From positions 90,001 to 122,000 of the forward strand of contig DIRZ01000002.1 in the NCBI GenBank assembly GCA_002421785.1: DNA of 32,000 bases, read 5' to 3'. Made by a program: the position numbers and the translations under genes. A model generated the notes under the pieces. It did no database searches, was not told the origin of the DNA, and saw only the letters and a program-made list of their open reading frames with translations. This DNA is from Candidatus Saccharimonadota bacterium. Its GTDB lineage: Bacteria > Patescibacteriota > Saccharimonadia > Saccharimonadales > Saccharimonadaceae. Positions 8,958 through 16,630 of the stretch are shown here, piece by piece. Within the stretch, counting starts at the first letter, position 1. Each line of letters starts with the position of its first letter.

Positions 8958-9558
8958 CAGCAACATCTCCACTTGTATTTGTTCGCCTAGCTCTGCGAAC
9001 GGCGGCGCGCGCTGGAGCAACGTACAATACGTCACACATACTCTCTAGTAGTTCAAGTATATCGCGGGCTTCTTCATTAGACACCTCTGTCGCATTCGGG
9101 TGCGCAGCATCATTACCGACATAACGAACTTCGTGCGCCCAACTCTTAATTTCATCAGTAACAATATTATTCTGAAACAGCCAATCAATTTGCTTATGTA
9201 GCTTCATGCTTTCTGGAGCACCCTTATCAAGGCATATCACCTGTAGTGTTCTACGGGCTAGAGCCGCAGCACCACGATATGAGCCCGCCACCTCACAGAG
9301 AAGAGCCTCTTCGAAGTCCTTCTTAATCGGTTCAGGGATTAGATCATTCACCTTGCCGGGTAGTGTCTTCGGCCAGATCTTTATAATGTTGCCACTAGTG
9401 CGGTGCCTCATTACCAAAAAGTGGAAGTCGCAGCTATTGCACTCAGATACACAAAAACCTACATGAGTACCGTTAACGTCTTTATTATAGCTTGCTCTGT
9501 CCGTTAGGGATGAGTAACCCTTGCAACTTGGACAGTAGAATGAGTTTATATCGCTCAT
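8947..9558 (-). CDS. DUF4145 domain protein with N-terminal Zn-ribbon
   Basis: 203 aa with CPSCKG...CNSC and the DUF4145-like core ALARRTLQVICLDKG...WAHEVRYVGNDAAHP. It is inserted between mod and res. Confidence 0.65.
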   Translation of the reverse strand: MSDINSFYCPSCKGYSSLTDRASYNKDVNGTHVGFCVSECNSCDFHFLVMRHRTSGNIIKIWPKTLPGKVNDLIPEPIKKDFEEALLCEVAGSYRGAAALARRTLQVICLDKGAPESMKLHKQIDWLFQNNIVTDEIKSWAHEVRYVGNDAAHPNATEVSNEEARDILELLESMCDVLYVAPARAAVRRARRTNTSGDVADEN

Positions 9559-9561
9559 ACT

Positions 9562-11481
9562 TTACACCGTCCACAACTCTACATCATAACTCTTACAAGT
9601 CTGCACGAGATTTGTCTTCAATTCATTGTCGCCCTGGAACGCGTCGTCGAGGATAACGAATTTGCTTGGAGTGAGTTCGGTCACGATAGCGCGGAGCTGC
9701 TCAAGAGTTGGCTTGGTGTGCTCATTTAAGTAAAAGACTGGCTGCACGTCGGCAGTCTCATCGTCAGCACCGTGCAAGACTTGATGAACTGTCAAGCCAG
9801 ATACTTCGCGTTCGGCTGTTCGGCTGGTAAGCGGCAATCCCATTTTCAGCATTATCTCTACCAGCAGATCTTCTTCGCTCGCATTATCGTCGGCGCTTTC
9901 ACGCATGGCATCCAGTCGGAGCTGAAGTTCGCCAAGGTCGCTTGTGGCGCTGCCTTGCCATTTGCGGAAGTTGGTATCGCTAAGCTTGTAGGTGCGGTAA
10001 CCAACGTCGAGCGGACTGGCGCGCTCGGCAAGGTTGTCGGCAAAACCTTCTTTGATCTTTTCGCCAGCTTTGTCTATCCGCGCTCGAGCGATGTCACTAA
10101 TCTTACGGTAGCCAACCTTATAGGCTTCGCTCTTCTCATCGGTCGGTTCGGGCAGCTGCACCTGGATGTGTCTACGGCTACCGCCATCTTCGGCATTGAG
10201 CTGCATAACGGCGTGAGCAGTAGTTCCTGATCCGGAGAAGAAATCAAGGACAGTTAGATTGTTACTCGGCATGACTTGCAATAAGAGTTTGATTAATTTG
10301 ATTGGTTTGGGATTGCTAAATGGTGTCTCAGGGCTCGCAAAAAGATCTACCAATCGTTTATTTTCCAAAGTTGCAGAACCATAATCTAGTAAGATTGACG
10401 AGAGATAGATTTCACCCATTTCATTACCGTATATCTTTATGGAAGGGGTTTGATTGCCGTCATTGCCCCAAAAAATTCGACCGTCGTTATTTAATGATTG
10501 AAATTCATCAAAAGGCTTCAAAAACTGACGAGTCCATTCTTTCCCTGTTGGGGATTTTACCGTGTAGTAGTTCTTGGAGTTTCGATTTGACAGCTCTTCA
10601 GATCTCGCGATCGAGCCTAACTTATATTCGCCACGAGGATCATTGTCTTTGTTTACAAGCTTTTGCTTATATTCACGCGTAACGAGTATTTTGCTAAAAA
10701 CTGCCCTATCAATGTTCCGATAGCAACAGAAAATGTACTCATGGTCACGACGCATTCGTTTTATAAGCTTCATTTTTTCAGACGATGAGCCAGTACCAAT
10801 TTTATTCCAGATCATCAACTCTACGTTCTGTTCACCAAATATCTCCTCACAGATTTTCCGTAAATTACCCTGCTCCGCATCGTCAATTGAAATAAATATT
10901 ACACCATCATCTGTCATTAAATTCCGCGCCAACTTCAGGCGTGGGTACATCATATTCAGCCAGTTACTGTGGTAGCGGCCGGTTGTTTCGGTGTTGGTGC
11001 TGATCTTTTTGTTACCTTCGTCGACTTGCTTGCTAAACTCTAGGTAGTTTTGCAGGCCTTCTTTGAAGTTGTCGGGGTAGACGAAATCTTTGCCGGTGTT
11101 GTAAGGAGGGTCGATGTAGATCATCTTGATGCTGTTGTGGTATTGCTTTTGCAACACCTTCAGCACCTCAAGATTGTCACCCTCGATGAAGATATTTTGA
11201 GTAGTATCCCAGTCTTTGCTTAGTTCCTTGGCAGGCTTCAGCGTAGCGGTCGTCGGATCCTGCGCCGCGCGCATAGCGTGCTTTTTGCCCGGCCAAAACA
11301 ACCCAAACCGCTCGTTTGTGTCACCAGCGTCTTCCGCCAGCAGTTCCTTTAGCTTCACAACATCTACCTTGCCATCAGCAATAGCCTCCGGCACTAAGTC
11401 TTCGAGCTGCTTTGCTAGCTCCGTGCGAAACTCTGGCGATTTTCCGCTCAGCTCGTAAATATCTGTATTCTGGTCGTTCAT
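9562..11481 (-). CDS. mod: Type III R-M Mod subunit (beta-class N6-adenine DNA methyltransferase)
   Basis: Motif IV IDPPYNTG precedes motif I FFSGSGTTAHAV, with a long variable region (TRD) between them. I chose the ATG at 11481, which has AAGGCGG upstream. Confidence 0.85.
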   Translation of the reverse strand: MNDQNTDIYELSGKSPEFRTELAKQLEDLVPEAIADGKVDVVKLKELLAEDAGDTNERFGLFWPGKKHAMRAAQDPTTATLKPAKELSKDWDTTQNIFIEGDNLEVLKVLQKQYHNSIKMIYIDPPYNTGKDFVYPDNFKEGLQNYLEFSKQVDEGNKKISTNTETTGRYHSNWLNMMYPRLKLARNLMTDDGVIFISIDDAEQGNLRKICEEIFGEQNVELMIWNKIGTGSSSEKMKLIKRMRRDHEYIFCCYRNIDRAVFSKILVTREYKQKLVNKDNDPRGEYKLGSIARSEELSNRNSKNYYTVKSPTGKEWTRQFLKPFDEFQSLNNDGRIFWGNDGNQTPSIKIYGNEMGEIYLSSILLDYGSATLENKRLVDLFASPETPFSNPKPIKLIKLLLQVMPSNNLTVLDFFSGSGTTAHAVMQLNAEDGGSRRHIQVQLPEPTDEKSEAYKVGYRKISDIARARIDKAGEKIKEGFADNLAERASPLDVGYRTYKLSDTNFRKWQGSATSDLGELQLRLDAMRESADDNASEEDLLVEIMLKMGLPLTSRTAEREVSGLTVHQVLHGADDETADVQPVFYLNEHTKPTLEQLRAIVTELTPSKFVILDDAFQGDNELKTNLVQTCKSYDVELWTV

Positions 11482-11656
11482 TTTACCGCCTTGCACTCCC
11501 CTCTGTTGTGTATCTGTTGATAGTATAGCATGATAGACAACGTAATAAGATTCCTGTGAAATGTGTCAATACTTTTATGAAAAAAGTACGAATAAAAATT
11601 ACAGATGAATGTTGTGGATAAAATACACTTATGCTATTGACAAAACACCTCATCTA

Positions 11657-11685
11657 TTGACTGAGTAATAATTATGTGCTATAAT
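11657..11685 (+). promoter_or_regulatory. Near-consensus orphan promoter TTGACT, 17 nt, TGcTATAAT
   Basis: TTGACT lies at 11657-11662 and TATAAT at 11680-11685, preceded by TGC. No plus-strand ORF lies downstream. Confidence 0.6.
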
Positions 11686-11691
11686 GATTAT

Positions 11692-11746
11692 GTTAACGTA
11701 CCATGTTGTTCGATTAACACTGAGAGCGTCCTCATGGGCGCTTTTT
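11692..11746 (+). ncRNA. Candidate small RNA of about 55 nt, bounded by a promoter and an intrinsic terminator
   Basis: The predicted TSS is near 11692. There is a 5' hairpin GUUAA...UUAAC. The terminator is AGCGUCC-UCAU-GGGCGCU plus UUUU (11725-11746) and is specific to the plus strand. Confidence 0.45.
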
Positions 11747-11757
11747 GCGTATATTGC

Positions 11758-12279
11758 CTAGAGTTGCCGAAATGAATTGCCGTATTTTTTCTGTAAATCA
11801 CCTCGCATCCAGCGCTTATCGATATGGTAAGCGGTGATAATTACTCGTTTTTGACCCATCGCTATCGTTTTGCTGTCTTTTGGGCAGATGATTACAACAA
11901 AGTCTAAACCCTGAAGCCAAAGAAAAAGCTTATCTCCCTCTGGGGTGGAGCTCCAAAATCCCGTTACCTCCGGTTCTGTGTAGTTATCGAGGATGGCCTT
12001 CACCCAAGGCAACTTGCGTGCGCGATCATAGTCAATTGCACGGTCCTTTTTGCCTCTCGTTATCATGTGCGTAAAACCGTGCGTGTATTTACCTCCCCAT
12101 CTGGACTTATCAGCGTGTGTATTTACATACACTGCCGAGCCGTCAACGATTGATGCTGCAGCATCCATAAAATCCCTTCTATAAACCTCATGCAGCTCAT
12201 CGAGGTTTCTCTGGAGAGAGTTGCCAGCAAGTCTTAGCTGGGGTGGCAGCCATTCCGGCTCCACTATTTCGGCTCCCAA
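11758..12279 (-). CDS. Hypothetical protein (168-173 aa), family not recognised; possible BECR-like RNase layout
   Basis: The ORF-track start is a TTG at 12279. An alternative GTG at 12264 shares its G with the DUF3800 TAG stop (TAGTG). It has a His-rich KYTHGFTHMITRG block, then LPWVKAIL, then VIITAYHI. Confidence 0.6.
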   Translation of the reverse strand: MGAEIVEPEWLPPQLRLAGNSLQRNLDELHEVYRRDFMDAAASIVDGSAVYVNTHADKSRWGGKYTHGFTHMITRGKKDRAIDYDRARKLPWVKAILDNYTEPEVTGFWSSTPEGDKLFLWLQGLDFVVIICPKDSKTIAMGQKRVIITAYHIDKRWMRGDLQKKYGNSFRQL

Positions 12280-12977
12280 AAGAAGAGATTAAACTTCTCA
12301 ACTCCATATGGCGTACCCTGCGTCAGTTTCTGCTCGATCGATTCCTCGACCAACCGTATCAGCTCCATTTTTGCGCCGGATCTCTGCTGATCTTTTGGCT
12401 TATTTGCATACATTACGGCACCCGTAATAAGGTCGGCAATTTGAAGCCCAATAACCTCGTGCGATCGAAGCGGCTGTGCGGTAAGTGATTTGTGATTGAG
12501 ACTGCCTGTGTTGTTGAGGTATTCTGCCAGTTCGCGCGAGTATTTGCCCGACCAAGCATCTTTGTAGTCCAAAAATAATCGGATGTCACCAAGTCTTTTT
12601 TCGGCAATATTCCGTACTAATATATATTGCATGGTGTAATAAAAAGTCTCGCGAGTCTTACCATGTGCTTCGTAGTCAATTTTAGACTTGTCTATAATAA
12701 CCGAGCGATAATTTACCTGCTCTAGGTTGAGAAAAAGTTGTATCAGTTCTTTGTAATAATCTAGTTTTGCAGCGCTAACTTTTGTCCATTTTATCTCTCG
12801 GTGTGTCGGAATATCGTACTTCTTTTTAATTAGTCTTACAGCGTCATTTAGAACGGGAAGCTGTTCGACATCGAACCATATTGCACCAAGCAACATATGT
12901 CCACCATCATTGTCGTTGTTATGGCGCGATTCATCGATATACACATTGATTGGTTGGAATATTTTTGATACATCCAT
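12264..12977 (-). CDS. DUF3800 domain protein
   Basis: 237 aa. The N-terminal NVYIDESRH acidic motif and overall layout are typical of DUF3800. Confidence 0.65.
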   Translation of the reverse strand: MDVSKIFQPINVYIDESRHNNDNDGGHMLLGAIWFDVEQLPVLNDAVRLIKKKYDIPTHREIKWTKVSAAKLDYYKELIQLFLNLEQVNYRSVIIDKSKIDYEAHGKTRETFYYTMQYILVRNIAEKRLGDIRLFLDYKDAWSGKYSRELAEYLNNTGSLNHKSLTAQPLRSHEVIGLQIADLITGAVMYANKPKDQQRSGAKMELIRLVEESIEQKLTQGTPYGVEKFNLFFWEPK

Positions 12978-12983
12978 AGCATG

Positions 12984-12992
12984 ATTATAACA
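12984..12992 (-). promoter_or_regulatory. Extended -10 element TGTTATAAT, 6 nt upstream of the DUF3800 ATG
   Basis: The minus strand reads TGTTATAAT-catgct-ATG within the 22-bp spacer after the SNF2 stop. Confidence 0.4.
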
Positions 12993-12999
12993 GTAGTGG

Positions 13000-15843
13000 C
13001 TAAATTATAGAGAAGCTGATTTCGAACAGGCCCTCTGTCTGCGTACTACCCTCTGCGGCTTGCTGTGCTAGCAAAATCTTCTCGCTAATTTCATCGTCCA
13101 TGCTGTCCTCGAGGTCGTACTTCTCCCGATTCAGCGCACGGACCTTTTTGCGCAGTACTTGTACTTCACTAGCGATCCTGAGGCGCTCGGATGCGTCGGT
13201 GGCTTGGCGCTCCTGCTTCTGCAAGTCACGGACCTTTGCCTCCAGCTTGTCGGCTTTCATCTCGTATTCAACTATCTTGTCTTTGTATTGGCGCTCCAGC
13301 AGGTCTTTTTTGTCTAAATACGTCTCGGTATTACGCCCCTTAACTTCAGTATGACGGTCGGCTATCTGCTGCTGCAAGAATGTACTTATACTATCAGTTA
13401 ATTCAACCGGCTGCTCATGCACGTTTGTCACGGTCAACTCCAGGATATTGCGGCAGGTTTCGGTATCGATCCTTTGGCCATCGTCAGTCTCGCCCGCAGC
13501 GACAATGTAGCTTTCGCTCATATCGGTGGCGCCAGCTTTCATCGGGAATGTCACCTGCTGAACTACCATCGTTCCGCTTTGGCCTGCTAGGCGCTTTACA
13601 TCGCTCGCAACCCTTTCTGAACCAGCAAGACTAAACGTCAGTTTGGCGGGTGGCGTGTTGGCGCTTTTAGCATTTCTGCGCACGTACTCAGCAAGCTCAC
13701 CCGCATACTTGTACTGTCGCGCATGCGGCACCCGGTCTGTTTTGTAAAAATACAACCCCGTCTCTATGCCTTCTTCTGGCGCCGGGTCAAGCTTGAATAC
13801 GTGTTCGTCTTCAAAGTCTGCCATAGTACGCAGCTCATAACGCGTCAGGCCCATGAACATTCGCTCAAAACTATTAAAGGCATCTTGGGCCTGCTCGCTG
13901 TAGCGCTGGAACCGATCCTGCACATGCGGGTCAAGCCCATTGAACACACGCGCACGAGCAGCATTCTGCTCAGTGGCTATCTCGTCCTTAAACTGCTCTT
14001 GCAGTTGTGCAAATCGCTGATTAATCTCATCATCCGTGCGACAAGTGTTCAAAATATCACTAATAGTGCGCTCGAAGTCGATACCATTCTCGATGGCTCC
14101 GAGCACATCATTGCTTGCGCCAAACGTATCTTTGAACAGGTTGAATTTATCTGCAAGTAAATCAAGAATGCGCCTTTCGGCAGTATTACCTTCGTTGCTA
14201 AAGTTAACGACAACCACGTCATACTTCTGGCCCATTCGGTGCACACGGCCGATTCGTTGCTCCACGCGCTGTGGATTCCATGGTAGGTCGTAGTTAACAA
14301 GCATTGAACAGAATTGCAGGTTTATACCTTCACTTGCGGCTTCCGTTGCGATCATAATTTGCATGTCGTCTTCTTTAAACTTATCGATCAGTGCCTTGCG
14401 TCGATCCGAAGATTCAATGCCAGTAATTAGGTCCGTGTCTTTATTCGCAATCTTCCACTCGTTATATATTTTGGTTTGGTCTGGCGACCTGTTGTTGCCA
14501 TTGAACAAGACGTACTTACCCGCAAAACCCTGCTCTTCAAGAGTATGCGCTATGTATTCCTGCGTCCGGGTTGATTCGGTAAAAATGATTGCTTTGCGTG
14601 CGGCTTTGGCCTGAAGAGTATTAAAACCAAGCGTAATTGCCTCAACCAAGTGGTCTGCTTTTACATTGCGAGTGATCGATTCTGCCAACTCAGCATAACC
14701 GATTAGCTCATCAATCTCCGCCCTGAACTCAGCGCGATCCTTGGCTGATTCGAGTGAGATATCATCGATTTCACCTGAATTTTCATAATATTCAATTTCT
14801 TCATCCGTTAGGTCGTCAAACTCTACGAGGCCACCGCGATTATCACGTATTTTTCCATTCGCATATTCGTCTTCCATGCGAGCAATGATTCTTCGCAGCG
14901 TACTAGCGACCGCGAACGAGGATGAACCCAGGCGCTTTCGTATAATCAGTGCCGCGAGATGGCGCTGCGAAGAAGCAAAAGCATACAGTTTATCACGATG
15001 CAAATAGTCATCGACTAGGTCGTAGAGCTTCTTTTCATCGCCAGATGGTTCAAATGTTACTGTTCGCGCAATACGATTCGTGTATTTGATGTACTTTTTT
15101 GCTTCTGAACGAAGCGTGCGCTTCGCTATCTTACTCATTCGAGCACGGAGGTCCTCTAGCGCATATGGGTGGCTTGATTTAATATAGCGTTGCTTAAATA
15201 CATCGAGACTATGAAAATAGTTCGGATCCACAACCGACACGAGGCCGTACAATTCTTCGAGGCGGTTCTGAAGAGGAGTGGCGGTGAGTAGTAGCGATTT
15301 GCTTGTGCCTTTGGCTATGTCTGAGATAGCGCTAGCCACACCTTTTTTGTTGCTATAGAAATTCCTAAGCTTGTGAGCTTCATCAAGAATCAGCAAGTCC
15401 CAACCAGTGGTAAGTTTCTCTACATTTCGATTAGCGAACTCATACGAGCAAATATAGATCCCGTCTTTAGTGACAGATTTTCCGCCGATCGATTTAGCAT
15501 CGATGATACTCGCATGGAGGTTAAACTTCTCTTCTAGTTCTTGCTTCCACTGCTGACGAAGGCTCGAAGGAGAAACAATCAGTATCTTGCGCTTTCGCTC
15601 AGCCCAGTACTGCATAATAACCACACCGGCTTCAATGGTCTTGCCGAGCCCTACTTCGTCTGCCATGATGACGCCACGCGTATTCGGCGAATCAAGCGCA
15701 AAGAGCGCCGCATCAATTTGATGCGGCGTAGGTGTAATCTGAGCATCAAACATTAAACCAGATAGCTTTGCTACGTCGTCATTTGCGTAGACACGCTCTA
15801 GTTCATGGGCAATATGTTTTGCCTGGTAGTCAGACGATATCAT
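13000..15843 (-). CDS. SNF2-family helicase with a long uncharacterised C-terminal region and terminal coiled coil
   Basis: 947 aa. Helicase motifs are I ADEVGLGKT, II LILDEAHKLRN, III LLLTATPLQN and VI QRIGRVHRMGQ. The following ~380 aa carry no motif I can name and end in an E/K/R-rich coiled coil. Confidence 0.85.
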   Translation of the reverse strand: MISSDYQAKHIAHELERVYANDDVAKLSGLMFDAQITPTPHQIDAALFALDSPNTRGVIMADEVGLGKTIEAGVVIMQYWAERKRKILIVSPSSLRQQWKQELEEKFNLHASIIDAKSIGGKSVTKDGIYICSYEFANRNVEKLTTGWDLLILDEAHKLRNFYSNKKGVASAISDIAKGTSKSLLLTATPLQNRLEELYGLVSVVDPNYFHSLDVFKQRYIKSSHPYALEDLRARMSKIAKRTLRSEAKKYIKYTNRIARTVTFEPSGDEKKLYDLVDDYLHRDKLYAFASSQRHLAALIIRKRLGSSSFAVASTLRRIIARMEDEYANGKIRDNRGGLVEFDDLTDEEIEYYENSGEIDDISLESAKDRAEFRAEIDELIGYAELAESITRNVKADHLVEAITLGFNTLQAKAARKAIIFTESTRTQEYIAHTLEEQGFAGKYVLFNGNNRSPDQTKIYNEWKIANKDTDLITGIESSDRRKALIDKFKEDDMQIMIATEAASEGINLQFCSMLVNYDLPWNPQRVEQRIGRVHRMGQKYDVVVVNFSNEGNTAERRILDLLADKFNLFKDTFGASNDVLGAIENGIDFERTISDILNTCRTDDEINQRFAQLQEQFKDEIATEQNAARARVFNGLDPHVQDRFQRYSEQAQDAFNSFERMFMGLTRYELRTMADFEDEHVFKLDPAPEEGIETGLYFYKTDRVPHARQYKYAGELAEYVRRNAKSANTPPAKLTFSLAGSERVASDVKRLAGQSGTMVVQQVTFPMKAGATDMSESYIVAAGETDDGQRIDTETCRNILELTVTNVHEQPVELTDSISTFLQQQIADRHTEVKGRNTETYLDKKDLLERQYKDKIVEYEMKADKLEAKVRDLQKQERQATDASERLRIASEVQVLRKKVRALNREKYDLEDSMDDEISEKILLAQQAAEGSTQTEGLFEISFSII

Positions 15844-15884
15844 TGTGATAAATTATACACCAATCACCTCTGTTACGCAATTTG

Positions 15885-16526
15885 TCAAATAATAGAGTGG
15901 TCCTGCCTTGTTACTACGATGTGATACTTGACCGGTACGCCTAGTACCCCTCCAGAATCTTCTAGTCGGTATGTTACTGCTTTGTCGTCATCGCTTATTC
16001 CTAGGCTGCCACTCGGGTGGTTATGCGCCACGATGATGCTGGCGGCGCGGTCGGTGATGGCGTCGGCGAAGACTTCGCGGGGATGGACGAGGCTGGCGGT
16101 GAGCGTGCCGATGGTAATGACGCGCTTGGCAATCAGGCGGTTGGCACCGTCCAGTGTGAGGCATACAAAGTGTTCCTGCTTTTTGTCTCGGATATCGCCA
16201 AGCTGCGCAACGGCTTTTTCGGGAGTGTCGATAATCGGTCGCTCAGAAACTTCAAATTGCCGGCGCCATAGCTCAAACGCCGCCATGAACTGCGTGGTTT
16301 TGGCGAGTGCCATACCTTTTACGCCCATTAGGTCTTCGAACGTTAGTTCGCTCCCCTTTTCGGCAATCAACTTTTTCAAATCCCGTGCAATCTTGGTCAC
16401 GTCCGCCGCGCCACTGCCGCTGCCAATGATCGCCATCAACAGCTCAAGGTCACTCAGCTTCCCCGCCCCATACTTTTGCATTTTTTCACGTGGGCGGTTC
16501 TGGAGTTGTCTGTCGGTCATTTTCAT
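15885..16526 (-). CDS. radC: RadC-like JAB/JAMM domain protein
   Basis: 213 aa with the C-terminal JAMM motif VAHNHPSGS and a RadC-type N-terminal helix-hairpin-helix region. Confidence 0.8.
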   Translation of the reverse strand: MKMTDRQLQNRPREKMQKYGAGKLSDLELLMAIIGSGSGAADVTKIARDLKKLIAEKGSELTFEDLMGVKGMALAKTTQFMAAFELWRRQFEVSERPIIDTPEKAVAQLGDIRDKKQEHFVCLTLDGANRLIAKRVITIGTLTASLVHPREVFADAITDRAASIIVAHNHPSGSLGISDDDKAVTYRLEDSGGVLGVPVKYHIVVTRQDHSII

Positions 16527-16567
16527 AGTAATAGTAGTATAATATACCCACTAACCAAAGGATGTAT

Positions 16568-16624
16568 ATGAGCAAAGGCCAAGACAAGCGCAAAGAGAAA
16601 AAGAAGGAACCGAAAGCCAAGTAA
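16568..16624 (+). CDS. Candidate 18-aa Lys-rich small ORF (MSKGQDKRKEKKKEPKAK) ahead of crtE
   Basis: TATAAT lies at 16538-16543 and AAAGGA at 16557-16562, 5 nt before the ATG at 16568. The TAA is at 16622-16624, 6 nt before the crtE ATG. It is too short to judge coding potential. Confidence 0.25.
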   Translation: MSKGQDKRKEKKKEPKAK

Positions 16625-16630
16625 CCCAGC

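Noticed and set aside
8958-9035. N-terminal extensions in the ORF track: res to 9035, transporter to 4734, gltS-like to 21979, pilin to 24837, mod to 11496, crtEb to 20583
   Set aside because: Internal starts fit better in each case. They give family-typical N-termini, have an SD or -10 box directly upstream, or avoid overlap with operators or upstream genes.
9562-11481. Phase-variable simple-sequence repeat in the Type III mod gene
   Set aside because: On inspection I saw no tetra- or pentanucleotide repeat tract or long homopolymer in the coding sequence.
11703-11720. tRNA-like T-loop string GTTCGATT in the mod upstream region
   Set aside because: The flanks do not form a T-arm or an acceptor stem, and no cloverleaf can be drawn. 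It is part of the sRNA candidate's 5' hairpin.
13000-15843. Assignment of the SNF2 helicase to DISARM (DrmD), Zorya (ZorD) or BREX
   Set aside because: None of the obligatory partner genes (DUF1998 or PLD proteins, MotAB-like ZorAB, PglZ/BrxC) are in the window. The adjacent methylase belongs to an ordinary Type III mod-res pair.
15928-16542. 204-aa plus-strand ORF
   Set aside because: It is antisense to radC, has a Ser/Ala/Pro-rich shadow composition, and lacks translation signals.
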